Program-made: the position numbers and the translations under genes
Shown: one piece after another, positions 49,446 to 58,207 of the stretch
Numbering within the stretch: position 1 is the stretch's first letter
Layout: each line of letters starts with the position of its first letter
The notes under the pieces: generated by a model
The model's input: only the letters and a program-made list of their open reading frames with translations
What the model was told of the DNA's origin: nothing
Databases searched by the model: none
Source: Phycisphaeraceae bacterium
Lineage (GTDB): Bacteria; Planctomycetota; Phycisphaerae; Phycisphaerales; UBA1924
DNA: 64,000 nucleotides
Direction: 5' to 3'
NCBI GenBank assembly: GCA_019636565.1
Contig: JAHBXG010000004.1
Coordinates: 36,949-100,948, forward strand

Positions 49446-49562
49446 AAAACACCTCCCCCGGTGGGCGAGGTGTTTCGTATTTCAAACGGGGTGACAGTAC
49501 ACCAATAGAACTTTTCTTGAAAAGCGCTCGGGTAACGGAGCTGGGACTTCGCGTCCGCTGGC
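49446..49562 (-). repeat. Junction module A: hairpin + 11-nt tRNA-Pro 3'-end copy + conserved arm
   Basis: The hairpin AAACACCTC/GAGGTGTTT lies at 49447..49475. The core cggggtgacag at 49487..49497 is identical to tRNA-Pro positions 63008..63018. The arm tacaccaatagaacttttcttg... follows. Positions 49487..49519 are identical over 33 nt to 55610..55642. Confidence 0.85.
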
Positions 49563-49617
49563 CCCAGACGGGCTTGCCAGGACACGATGACTCTTTCAAC
49601 TTGTACACTCCCCGCTC

Positions 49618-52447
49618 ATGCACCCAGCCGCCATTGGCCCATTCAACATCGAACGTGAACTCGGCCGTGGCGGCATGGGCGTGGTGTACCTCGCCACCGA
49701 CAACAAACTGGACCGGCAGATCGCGATCAAGGCCTTGTCCGCTGACTTCGCGGGCGATCCCGATCGCCTCGCACGCTTCCAGCACGAGGCCAAAGTACTC
49801 GCGTCGCTCAACCATCCGGGCATTGCCGCAATTTACGGGCTTGAGGAAGCGAACGGGCACCAGTATCTGATTCTGGAATATGTCGCGGGGGAATCACTCG
49901 CCGACTGGCTGGCCAAAGGACCGATGCCGATCGATGAGTCGCTGAACCTGGCGAGGCAGATCGCCACGGCGCTCGAGGTCGCACACGAAAAGGGCGTCAT
50001 CCACCGGGATCTCAAGCCCGGCAACGTCATGGTCACGCCCGACGGCGTGGTCAAGGTGCTGGATTTTGGTCTGGCGAGGACAGCCGACGGCAAGCCGTCG
50101 ACAACCACGGCGCCGGTTGCAACGGACTCGCCGACCGTCATTTCGCCCGCGCGTTTCGCACACAGTCCGACGATCCCCGGCGTCATCATGGGCACCGCCG
50201 GGTACATGTCCCCCGAGCAGGCCCGAGGCAAGCCAGTCGACAAGCGCTCCGACATTTTCTCGTTCGGCTGCGTGCTCTACGAGATGTTGACGGGCGCGCA
50301 GCCGTTCAGAGGCGAGACCGTCGCCGACGCCATCGGGGCCACCCTGCACAAGGAGTCGGACCTAAGCCTGCTTCCGCCCGGCACGCCCCGCCGCGTACGC
50401 GACCTCCTCACCAACTGCCTCGCCAAAGACCGCAAGGACCGTCTCCACGATATTGGCGACGCTCGGCTGGAACTCGAGCGCGCCATTGGCGGACAGGAGT
50501 GGCTCTCGGCCGCCGCGGCGCCGGGCGTGCGCAAGACCTCGCGATCTCTGGCGGTCGGCGCGGCGTGCGCTCTCACGCTCCTGGCCGGAGGGATCGGCTG
50601 GTTGCTGGCGAGCCAGTTCACGCCCCGACCGCCCTCCGCGCCCGTTGCTCCACCGCAGACTTTCTACGTCTCAACGAGTCTGCCCAGCAAACCGCCGTAT
50701 AGCGGGCTCGTCAGTACCTCCGGACGCGAAGTTCTTGGTGTACACAGCTTGGCCCGAATTGGAATTTGAGAGTGCCAAGCCCCAAGGCGTGCTGGTGGTG
50801 CGTCGGCTCGACCGCGATGAAACCACCGTGATCGAAGGCACAGAGGGAGCGAGGAACGCCGCACTGTCAGCAGACGGGCGCTGGGTCGCCTTTGCCGCCG
50901 CCAAAGACCGTGCCGGCACCAAGTTCGCCCTCAAGAAGGTCGCGCTCGAGAACGGGCGACCCTCGGGCAAACCACAAAGCGTTTGCGAACTCACCCAGGG
51001 TTCATGGTTCTCTTTGGGCTGGTCGTCGGATCGGGAGCTTGTGTTTGCGGCAAGTCTGAATACGACGATCTACACCGTTTCCGCCTCGGAAGGCGAGTCG
51101 CGGGTACTCCTTCGTGCGGATGGTGCCCAGGGTCTTGAGATTTGGCAAGACTTTCGCCCTCTGGTTGCGGGGCGTTCCATGTTGGCGACGGATGTTGTGC
51201 TTTCGGGCGAGAAGGTCAAGGTCAATACCGAGGTGATCGATCTCGCCTCGGGAAAGCGGACGGTGGTGCTCACCGACGCCGGATCGGCGCAACTTGTGAC
51301 TGTCTCGAAGGCAGCAGGCAAGGAGGTAGAGCATTTTCTCGTTGCGTCCAGAAGCGACCTCTCCGGACTGGTCGCGGTGCGGTTTGATCCCGGCACGCTG
51401 CGCACCCTCGGAGACCCCGTCACTGTGTGGAACGGCGGCCAGGTCAACAGGTTCGATCTCTCTCCAAGCGGCACGCTCGCGATGGCCGCGCAGGCGTCCG
51501 CCACCGTCGATCGACGCCTCGCCTGGATCGATGAGAAGGGTCAGCCTCAGCCGGTCACCGCGACGGCGCGTTCCTATTCAGGCATTTCGATATCACCGGA
51601 CGGCGAGCGCGTACTCGCCACGCAAGAAAGTACCAGCCCGGACGATCTGGGTACTCAAGTGTGGATACAAGATTTGAAACGCAAGACCACGACACGGCTC
51701 CCGGTCGAGGGCATGACGGACAGCATGATGTGGAGCAACGACGGGCGGCGGATCGCGTACAGCACCTTTACGAACGAAGAGTTTTCGATCTGGGAGCGAC
51801 CGGCAGTCCCTTCGGGCGGAGCCGCGAAGATGTTTGCGACCCCGATCGCTCAACAGCTGTTTGTGGCTCCCAGTGCGTGGTCACCCGATGGCAAGATCCT
51901 GGCGATCGTCCAGTCCGACATCAAGACCAACAAGAGTGATGTGCTGATGCTGGAGCAGGAACCGGACAGCACAGAGTGGAAAGCCACACCATACTTGAAC
52001 TCGCCGGCCGATGAACACGCGCTGCGGTTTTCGCCCGACGGCAAGTGGGTGGTGTTCTGCTCGGTTGAGTCCGGGCGGCACGAGTTGTACGCGCAGCGCT
52101 TCACCGGCGCAGGGTCTGGCGCGAAAGATGCCGCGAGCGGGCGCGTGCAGATCTCGACGAGCGGACATGATGGCGGCGTCTGGTGGAGCGCGGACGGCAA
52201 GGAGATACGCTTCATCGACGGCGACAAGCAGGTCATGGGTGTTGACGTGAAGACCGAACCGACATTCTCCGCGTCGCTGCCGAAAGTGCTGTACAGCATT
52301 AAAGACCTGAAGACGCGAAGCTTCTCGTGGTCGCCGGACGGGCGTCTGATGGTCATCTTGGAAGGAGAGAACGAGCGGGTGAACAAGATTGACTTGATTG
52401 TGAACTTCGAAGAAGAGATTCGGGCCAAAATGGGCGCTGTGAAGTAG
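49618..52447 (+). pseudogene. Ser/Thr kinase - TM - TolB/PD40 beta-propeller protein, reading frame broken near 50713
   Basis: ORF 49618..50769 carries intact kinase motifs (GRGGMGVVY, IAIKAL, HRDLKPGNVMV, DFG, SPEQ) and a TM helix. It then decays to a stop after ...PPYSGLVSTSGREV. In the +1 frame, ORF 50453..52447 becomes protein-like exactly there (VPPDAKFLVYTAW...). That frame continues with PD40 motifs (SADGRWVAF, SPDGERVLA, SPDGKILAI, SPDGKWVVF, SPDGRLMVI). Removing one base around 50713 gives GLVSPPDAKFLVY. Confidence 0.75.
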
Positions 52448-52517
52448 TCGCATTGAATCTGCAACTCGCATTCACGACGGCATCTTCCCAATGACATCAA
52501 ATTGGCAAACGCAACGC

Positions 52518-52638
52518 AAACGCCCGCAAGCCGAGGCTCACGGGCGTTCCTATTTCAATCGGGTTGACAGTACACCAATAGAACTCTTCTTGGCCGGCGT
52601 TAGGGCGTGGGAGCCTGGAGTCCGGCGTTTGCTGGCGG
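52518..52638 (-). repeat. Junction module B: hairpin + tRNA-Pro 3'-end-like core + conserved arm
   Basis: The hairpin AACGCCCG/CGGGCGTT lies at 52519..52548. The core cgggttgacag at 52560..52570 has 1 mismatch to the tRNA. The arm differs from copy C at 2 of the first 34 nt counted from the core. Confidence 0.85.
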
Positions 52639-52756
52639 CGGCAACTACGCAAATGTGCTGAGCCATCCGGACTACATCGGAGGCAACTACCGCCTGTCAT
52701 GCGAATCCGCACCGCCGCCATTGGGCCAGGGGGCGGGGCATGTCTGATGACAGAGG

Positions 52757-54154
52757 TCACTTCACCTTCACGAGGGGCGGCGCAGTCCACTTGCCTTCCA
52801 ACGCTTCGGCCTTCGGCCAGTAGAGACGCATCATGAGGGAGAACGGGCCTTTGGGCGCTGGCAGCCAGTTGGCTTCCTTGTCGTCGCCGGGGGATTCGTT
52901 CTGGATGAGAAACGTCAGCCCGCCATCGGCATCTTTCTTGAACTGCGACAGCATCGTGGAGTTGAGCAGGTATCGGTTGAGCGGATTGGCCACGAGCAGG
53001 CTCGCCGGCATCTCATACATCGTCAGCGACCAGAATGAGTTGACCGGTGGCAACTGGCCCGGCGCAAAGCGCAGGGTGTAGCGGTTGGCACCGTCCAGTT
53101 TCTGCCCGGCCCCATCCGCGTAGTAGGCGGGGTACATCGCCTCCTCTTTCGTGTTGCCGTAGATACCAAGCGCGGCGGCCAGCATGCGGTACGTGTAGTT
53201 GTTCTTCAGGTAGTTCCGCGTGCCAAAGACGTCGCCGGAGGCAATCTCGCCCTTGATCACCCGCTGCTTCTGGCGGTCCGCCTCCTCCCAGGCATCAGCC
53301 ATGCCGGCCTCAATCGCCTGCTTCATTTCGGGCGAGAGCTTGCTGGCATCAAAGTTTTGGCCTGCGCCCACACCGATCTTGGCGAATCGGGCCATGAGTT
53401 CTTTCTCCGACGCATGGGTCGGGCAGAACTGCATGTAGAAGTTCAGCAGGTTGAAGAACTCGAGCGAGGTTTTCTGCGCGTCGGGGGTGAGCGGCTTTGG
53501 GAACTTGATCGCCGGTGCGGCCGCGGGTACAGGCTGCCCGAGGAACGCCGAGAGCGGTTTCACGATGTATTGCTTCTGAATCGCCTTGACGTTGTCGAGG
53601 TCGGCCGGATTGAACAACTGCGTGCGGAACTGCCCCGAGGCGATGGCGGTCTCGCACCGGATCACCCTAGTGATCCCTTTGGGTGTCTCACCCTGCCAGC
53701 TGGGGCCGGCGAACATGAAGTTTCCGCCGTCGTTGCCCGTGGCGCGGCTGCCGAGGTAGTCGGCGCTGTGAGTGTAGAGGTCGTACAACTGGAAGCTCCA
53801 ATACCGCTCTTTGGGGATGGGCGGCACGGTGAACACGATGGGTTCGGCGCGCAGATCCAAGCCGATCCAGGAATAGGGCGTGTCCGAGTTGGGCGTCTGG
53901 ATGGCTTTGTCGTCGGGCGTGAAAACACGCGGGATGTTGAACAGCGTGTTATAAGGTGCCTTGTATTCCAAGCTCCCCTTGTCGGTGAAGTAGGAATATT
54001 GCACCCGCAGATTATCCACCATCGGGAAGCCGTAGATGTAGGCTTCCTTCGCGATGGCGCGGGCTTCGGCGGGAGTAACGTCCGCCGCCCGGGCGAACGT
54101 AATGGCCACTGCGACAACGAGCGCGGCGATTCCGAGGGTGGTTTTCATGGTCAT
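52757..54154 (-). CDS. DUF1254/DUF1214 domain secreted protein
   Basis: It has a signal peptide (MTMKTTLGIAALVVAVAITFARA). The DUF1254-like part is EAYIYGFPMVDNLRVQYSYF...NSDTPYSWIGLDL...ERYWSFQLYDLY. The DUF1214-like C-terminus is FWSLTMY...MRLYWP. Confidence 0.85.
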   Translation of the reverse strand: MTMKTTLGIAALVVAVAITFARAADVTPAEARAIAKEAYIYGFPMVDNLRVQYSYFTDKGSLEYKAPYNTLFNIPRVFTPDDKAIQTPNSDTPYSWIGLDLRAEPIVFTVPPIPKERYWSFQLYDLYTHSADYLGSRATGNDGGNFMFAGPSWQGETPKGITRVIRCETAIASGQFRTQLFNPADLDNVKAIQKQYIVKPLSAFLGQPVPAAAPAIKFPKPLTPDAQKTSLEFFNLLNFYMQFCPTHASEKELMARFAKIGVGAGQNFDASKLSPEMKQAIEAGMADAWEEADRQKQRVIKGEIASGDVFGTRNYLKNNYTYRMLAAALGIYGNTKEEAMYPAYYADGAGQKLDGANRYTLRFAPGQLPPVNSFWSLTMYEMPASLLVANPLNRYLLNSTMLSQFKKDADGGLTFLIQNESPGDDKEANWLPAPKGPFSLMMRLYWPKAEALEGKWTAPPLVKVK

Positions 54155-54172
54155 GATATCTATCCAGTCACG

Positions 54173-55270
54173 TCACTTGCAGGGGGCGGCATCCGGCAGT
54201 TTGTAGCTGCCATTCAGGACGGACTGGCCGGGGCGATAAACGCGCATGAGGAAGTTCCAGCCTTCGCTCACGTCCAGCCGGTTGGGCACATCGCCGCAGG
54301 CTTCCTTCGACCCGAAATGAACTGTGAACGTGCTGTCAGCGTTCATCGTCGTGTTGAACTTGTTGAGGATGCTGTTCTCGCTCTTCAGGTAGCCGTCGGC
54401 GCCATACATGGTGATAGACCAGAACGCCGTGTTCTCGGGCACCTGGTAGGTGGCGCAGTAACAATTGTCGGCTGGCAGATGGCCGTTGTAGTTGATGTAC
54501 ACCGCGTCGTTGTTCGGGAAAAGTCCCCACGCCCCGGCGCAGGCGAGGTGCCGCATCGTTTCGTTGGCCCTCCCGCGCGGCCCCATGGAGCCGTCCGGGT
54601 ACTTGGCAAACTTGGCGAACTCTGCGTTGTAATTCGCCGTCAGTTCTTCCAACGACGTCTTGTCCCACTTCGATTCGGGGAGGGCATCGGCGCTGCCGGC
54701 CTTGATTACAAACTGGTCCTGGAGTTTGTTGACCAGCGCAACGTCCGCCGGGTCGCTCGGCTTCAACAACTGGATTCGGACACCAATGCCGAGGTATTTG
54801 GTGTCCTTGGGCAGCTCGTGCACGCCGGCGGTATAGATGACGCCGGGGCAATAGTGGTCGTTGTCGACCAACAGCACGGAAAAATAGCGGCCTGCTGGCA
54901 TTTCCGGCACCGTGATCGTGGCCCCTTTGGACGTGTCCACAACACCCATGGAGTAGAGCGTGTCTTTGTTCATGCGGACGACCGTTTGGTGGTCGAGCGG
55001 GGTGACGTTGCGGAAGGGGTAGAGGCGATTCACGCCGCCAGCCATCTTGGCGATGTTGGCGAACGAGCGATCCGTTTCCGCCCGGCAGTAGGTCTCTTGC
55101 GTCACCTTGACACTGGTTGCGGAGCCTTGCTGCGCCGGTGCGGGCTGCGAATGGGGAGTCGCGCAACCGACAAGGGTGATGCCCAGCACGCCAATGAGCG
55201 CGGTGGCGAAGAAGGTGCGAAGCGCGGTTTTCAAGGTCGGTCTCAGTTTGCTGGTCGATCGCGGGTGCAT
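54173..55270 (-). CDS. DUF1254/DUF1214-like lipoprotein (paralog of the preceding gene)
   Basis: The start is ATG 55270, with a lipobox (FFATALIGVLGITLVGC). The sequence contains NKDTLYSMGVVD...GRYFSVLLVDNDHY and C-terminal FWSITMYGADGY...MRVYRP. The gene is separated by 18 nt from the downstream paralog. Confidence 0.8.
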   Translation of the reverse strand: MHPRSTSKLRPTLKTALRTFFATALIGVLGITLVGCATPHSQPAPAQQGSATSVKVTQETYCRAETDRSFANIAKMAGGVNRLYPFRNVTPLDHQTVVRMNKDTLYSMGVVDTSKGATITVPEMPAGRYFSVLLVDNDHYCPGVIYTAGVHELPKDTKYLGIGVRIQLLKPSDPADVALVNKLQDQFVIKAGSADALPESKWDKTSLEELTANYNAEFAKFAKYPDGSMGPRGRANETMRHLACAGAWGLFPNNDAVYINYNGHLPADNCYCATYQVPENTAFWSITMYGADGYLKSENSILNKFNTTMNADSTFTVHFGSKEACGDVPNRLDVSEGWNFLMRVYRPGQSVLNGSYKLPDAAPCK

Positions 55271-55563
55271 TCCGTCTCCTGCACCGATCGGGGACACTGT
55301 ATCGCCGCTGAGAGACCCGTCCCGGAGCAAGTGATCCGGTGTGAGCCTCCGACAAAGGTGCGTACGCGCGCGGGCCGGTATCGACGCCGAAGTCGTTCGA
55401 CGGTGTATCGAGCTCAATCAGCTTGACCGCTTGTTTCGCTGCTCAGGCGTGAAGTAGTTCAAATCCTGCAAACAGTCCGCCCAAATTGGCCCGATTTGAG
55501 ATGGTCTGCAATCGGTGTTTGAACCGCCACTTTCACGGTCCAACTCCTTGTCCCTGTAACGAG

Positions 55564-55688
55564 AAAGCCCTACGACGTGCTCGTCGAAGGGCTTTACTCT
55601 CAAACAAATCGGGGTGACAGTACACCAATAGAACTTTTCTTGGAAAGCGTTAGGATGTGGGAGTCAGGCATACGCCGTTTGCTGAACG
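55564..55688 (-). repeat. Junction module C: hairpin + 11-nt tRNA-Pro 3'-end copy + conserved arm
   Basis: The hairpin AAAGCCCTACGACG/CGTCGAAGGGCTTT lies at 55564..55595. The core cggggtgacag is at 55610..55620, followed by the arm tacaccaatagaacttttcttggaaagcgttaggatgtgggag. The roughly 170 nt to its left (from about 55447) are homologous by eye to 62855..63007 next to the real tRNA. Confidence 0.85.
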
Positions 55689-55960
55689 CCAAGGCCGAAT
55701 GAAGTGGGCGGAGTGCCTGTGCTACACCGATAGCCTACACTACCCGCACTCAACGCTTGACGCGTTTGAAGCCGACCACTGGAACGACCACCATGATGCA
55801 GCCCGTCACACCCCCGTGACCTGATTCTGACTCTCCGCTGCGGTCTGGTTCCATCCCATTTTTTAACATCAGAGCGTCCACTCCGCGGCCCGAGCGGCTT
55901 ATCACCGTCCTCCGGGCTAACTGCGGTCGGACTGTTCTCTACTGTCATTCAAGGTACTTC

Positions 55961-57763
55961 ATGCCCGAGATCACGATCCGCCTTCCCAAGTTCCTCTCCG
56001 TCGGCCACAAGTTCATTGACCTGCGCTCCGGCCTTTCCGGCTCGCCCAAGGCCGACATTCTTTCCGGCTTGACCGTCGCGCTCGCGCTGGTGCCCGAGGC
56101 CGTCGCCTTCGCGTTCCTCGCGGGAGTGCCGCCGCTGGTGGGCTTGTACGCCGCGTTCATCATCTGCCTGCTCACGTCGATCCTGGGCGGACGGCCCGGA
56201 ATGATCTCGGGGGCGACGGGCGCGATGGGCGTCGTGGTCGTGTCGCTGGTGGCCAACCACGGCATCGGTTACCTGTTCCCCGCCGCGGTGCTCTGCGGCG
56301 TGCTGCAAATCCTCGTGGGCGTATGCCGACTCGGCAAGCTCATCCGCATCGTGCCCCACCCCGTCATGCTCGGCTTCGTCAACGGGCTGGCGGTGGTCAT
56401 CCTGATGGCGCAGTTGGGCTCGTTCAAGACGCTGGACGCCTCGGGCGCGATGGCGTTCCTCGCAGGCACGCGGCTGTGGATGATGCTCGGTTTCGTCGCG
56501 CTCACGATGGCGATCATCGCCTTTCTGCCCCGGCTCACCAAGGCCGTGCCGTCGTCGCTGGCGGCGATCCTCGCGGTCGCGTTGGCGGCCTACGCGATCA
56601 ACGCCGGAGCAAAGGCGGGCGAGCCGCGCCCGCTGCTCACGGTCAAGGACATGCTCGTGGACAGCACGCGAGCCGCGGCGGTGAAAGACGCTCAAAAGGT
56701 CAAGGACGCCGCAGTGCTGGAATCTGCGAAGGACGGGCTCCCCGCAGGCGTGGTCGCCGCTCCGGCGCACCCCGGTCCCGTTGCGCCCCTCACGCACTCT
56801 GAAGCCGCCGCCGCCATCGCCTCGGTGGATGTGGCCAAGGTCGGTATCGCGGGCGGATTGCCTCGACCCGCATGGTGGGACTTCACTTTGCCGCCGATGA
56901 ATCTCGCCACGCTCTGGATCATCCTGCCGTTTTCGCTCATCCTGGCGGGCGTGGGGCTGATCGAATCACTGATGACGCTGACGCTCGTGGATGAACTGAC
57001 AGAAACGCGGGGCAAGAGCAACCGCGAGTGCATCGGACAGGGAGTCGCCAACGTCGCATGTGGAATCTTCGGGGGCATGGGCGGGTGCGCCATGATCGGC
57101 CAGTCGCTCATCAACGTGAAGTCGGGCGGACGCGGGCGGCTCTCGGGCATCACCGCCGCCGTCGCGCTGCTGCTGTTCATTCTCTTCCTTGCGCCCTACA
57201 TAGAGGCGGTGCCGATGGCGGCCCTGGTGGGCGTCATGTTCATGGTAGTGATCGGAACCTTCGAGTGGGCCACGCTCCAGACGTGGCGGCGGATCCCCTT
57301 CGCCGAACTGCTCGTGATGCTCGTGGTTGCGGCGTACACCGTGGTCATGCACGACCTCGCCACCGCCGTGATCCTGGGCGTCGCCCTCAGCGCGCTGGTC
57401 TTCGCGTGGAACAAGAGCAAGCACCTGATCGCGGATGTGAAGTTCAACGAGCAGGGGAGCAAGGTCTACCAGTTGCACGGCGTGGTCTTCTTCGGCAGCG
57501 TGACGCGCTTCCGCGACCTGTTCACGCCGAATGACGACCCGCAGGACGTGGTGATCGACTTCTACTTCAGCCGCGTCTACGACCAGTCGGCCCTCGAAGC
57601 CATCAACGCCCTCGCAGAGCGTTACGAGAAGCTCGGCAAGCGCCTGCACCTACGCCACCTGTCAGAGGACTGCCGCAAAATGCTCGACAAGGCCGGCGAT
57701 CTGGTCGAGGCCAACATCAGCGAAGACCCGCACTACCACGTGATGACCGAGCGCGGGAAGTAG
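55961..57763 (+). CDS. SulP family inorganic anion transporter with C-terminal STAS domain
   Basis: 600 aa starting at ATG 55961. The N-terminus ([27 protein letters not shown]), about 10-12 TM helices and the C-terminal STAS-like region ([12 protein letters not shown]...) fit SulP. Confidence 0.9.
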   Translation: MPEITIRLPKFLSVGHKFIDLRSGLSGSPKADILSGLTVALALVPEAVAFAFLAGVPPLVGLYAAFIICLLTSILGGRPGMISGATGAMGVVVVSLVANHGIGYLFPAAVLCGVLQILVGVCRLGKLIRIVPHPVMLGFVNGLAVVILMAQLGSFKTLDASGAMAFLAGTRLWMMLGFVALTMAIIAFLPRLTKAVPSSLAAILAVALAAYAINAGAKAGEPRPLLTVKDMLVDSTRAAAVKDAQKVKDAAVLESAKDGLPAGVVAAPAHPGPVAPLTHSEAAAAIASVDVAKVGIAGGLPRPAWWDFTLPPMNLATLWIILPFSLILAGVGLIESLMTLTLVDELTETRGKSNRECIGQGVANVACGIFGGMGGCAMIGQSLINVKSGGRGRLSGITAAVALLLFILFLAPYIEAVPMAALVGVMFMVVIGTFEWATLQTWRRIPFAELLVMLVVAAYTVVMHDLATAVILGVALSALVFAWNKSKHLIADVKFNEQGSKVYQLHGVVFFGSVTRFRDLFTPNDDPQDVVIDFYFSRVYDQSALEAINALAERYEKLGKRLHLRHLSEDCRKMLDKAGDLVEANISEDPHYHVMTERGK

Positions 57764-57883
57764 CAATGAGCGATCTCGCTATTTCGCTGGCCGAGCGGGC
57801 AGCAAGCGGCCAGAAAGTTCAAACTCGGCCCGAAACTGCCAGAGTGACAGGACGCAGTTGAACTAGACCATAAACGCTGATGA

Positions 57884-57998
57884 CCTCGGCACTTGCCGAG
57901 GCCATCAAGCTTTCAAAGTCGGGGTAACAGGACACGGTTTGAACTTTTTGTCCAAGGAATCCGCCTCTGGGAGCCAGAAACGCGGCTTTTGCTGAGCG
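57884..57998 (-). repeat. Junction module D (diverged): hairpin + tRNA-Pro 3'-end-like core + diverged arm
   Basis: The hairpin CCTCGGC-ACTT-GCCGAGG lies at 57884..57901. The core cggggtaacag at 57920..57930 has 1 mismatch. The arm gacacggtttgaactttttg...tgggagcc...cttttgctgagcg shares blocks (GAACTTTT, TGGGAG, TTTGCTGA) with copies A-C. It also keeps a T-loop-like tttgaac. Confidence 0.7.
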
Positions 57999-58207
57999 TG
58001 AAATCGTGAATGACCGAGGGACAACCTCCGCGTTCCTTCACACCCTGCCCCATCGTGAAGAACGTCTGGCGGCCGAGCGGACGGTCATCGTCGCGGGGTA
58101 TGTTGACCGGGAACCTCCGTGCTCCACGACGCCTCTCAAAGATCGCGGGCACGCTGCCTTCTCCCGTCGAGTGCCACCCGCGAGTGTCTTCCCAAGGAGT
58201 GCCGCAC

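Noticed and set aside
49498-49562. Reading the conserved arms (A-D) as tRNA genes or pseudogenes
   Set aside because: On the minus strand, about 69 nt precede the CCCCGA end, and a CGGCGTA in copy C vaguely mimics the tRNA 5' end. However, no D-arm, anticodon arm or T-arm can be folded, and only 5 of 7 acceptor pairs form. These are not tRNAs.
49252-49860. 202-aa minus-strand ORF spanning junction A and the kinase start
   Set aside because: Its N-terminal two thirds are antisense to the kinase gene and run straight through the repeat and hairpin. Only the last roughly 60 codons were considered, as a possible antitoxin remnant (see findings).
53357-55426. 689-aa plus-strand ORF and 54336..55355(-)
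   Set aside because: They are Arg/Gly/Val/His-rich and antisense or out of frame to the two DUF1254/DUF1214 genes, which have signal peptides and family motifs.
55631-55660. Reading the arm as an ECF-type promoter (GAAC...CGTT) for the plus-strand genes
   Set aside because: Only 13 nt separate AAC from CGT, whereas ECF promoters have about 16-17. Copy B is not followed by any plus-strand gene.
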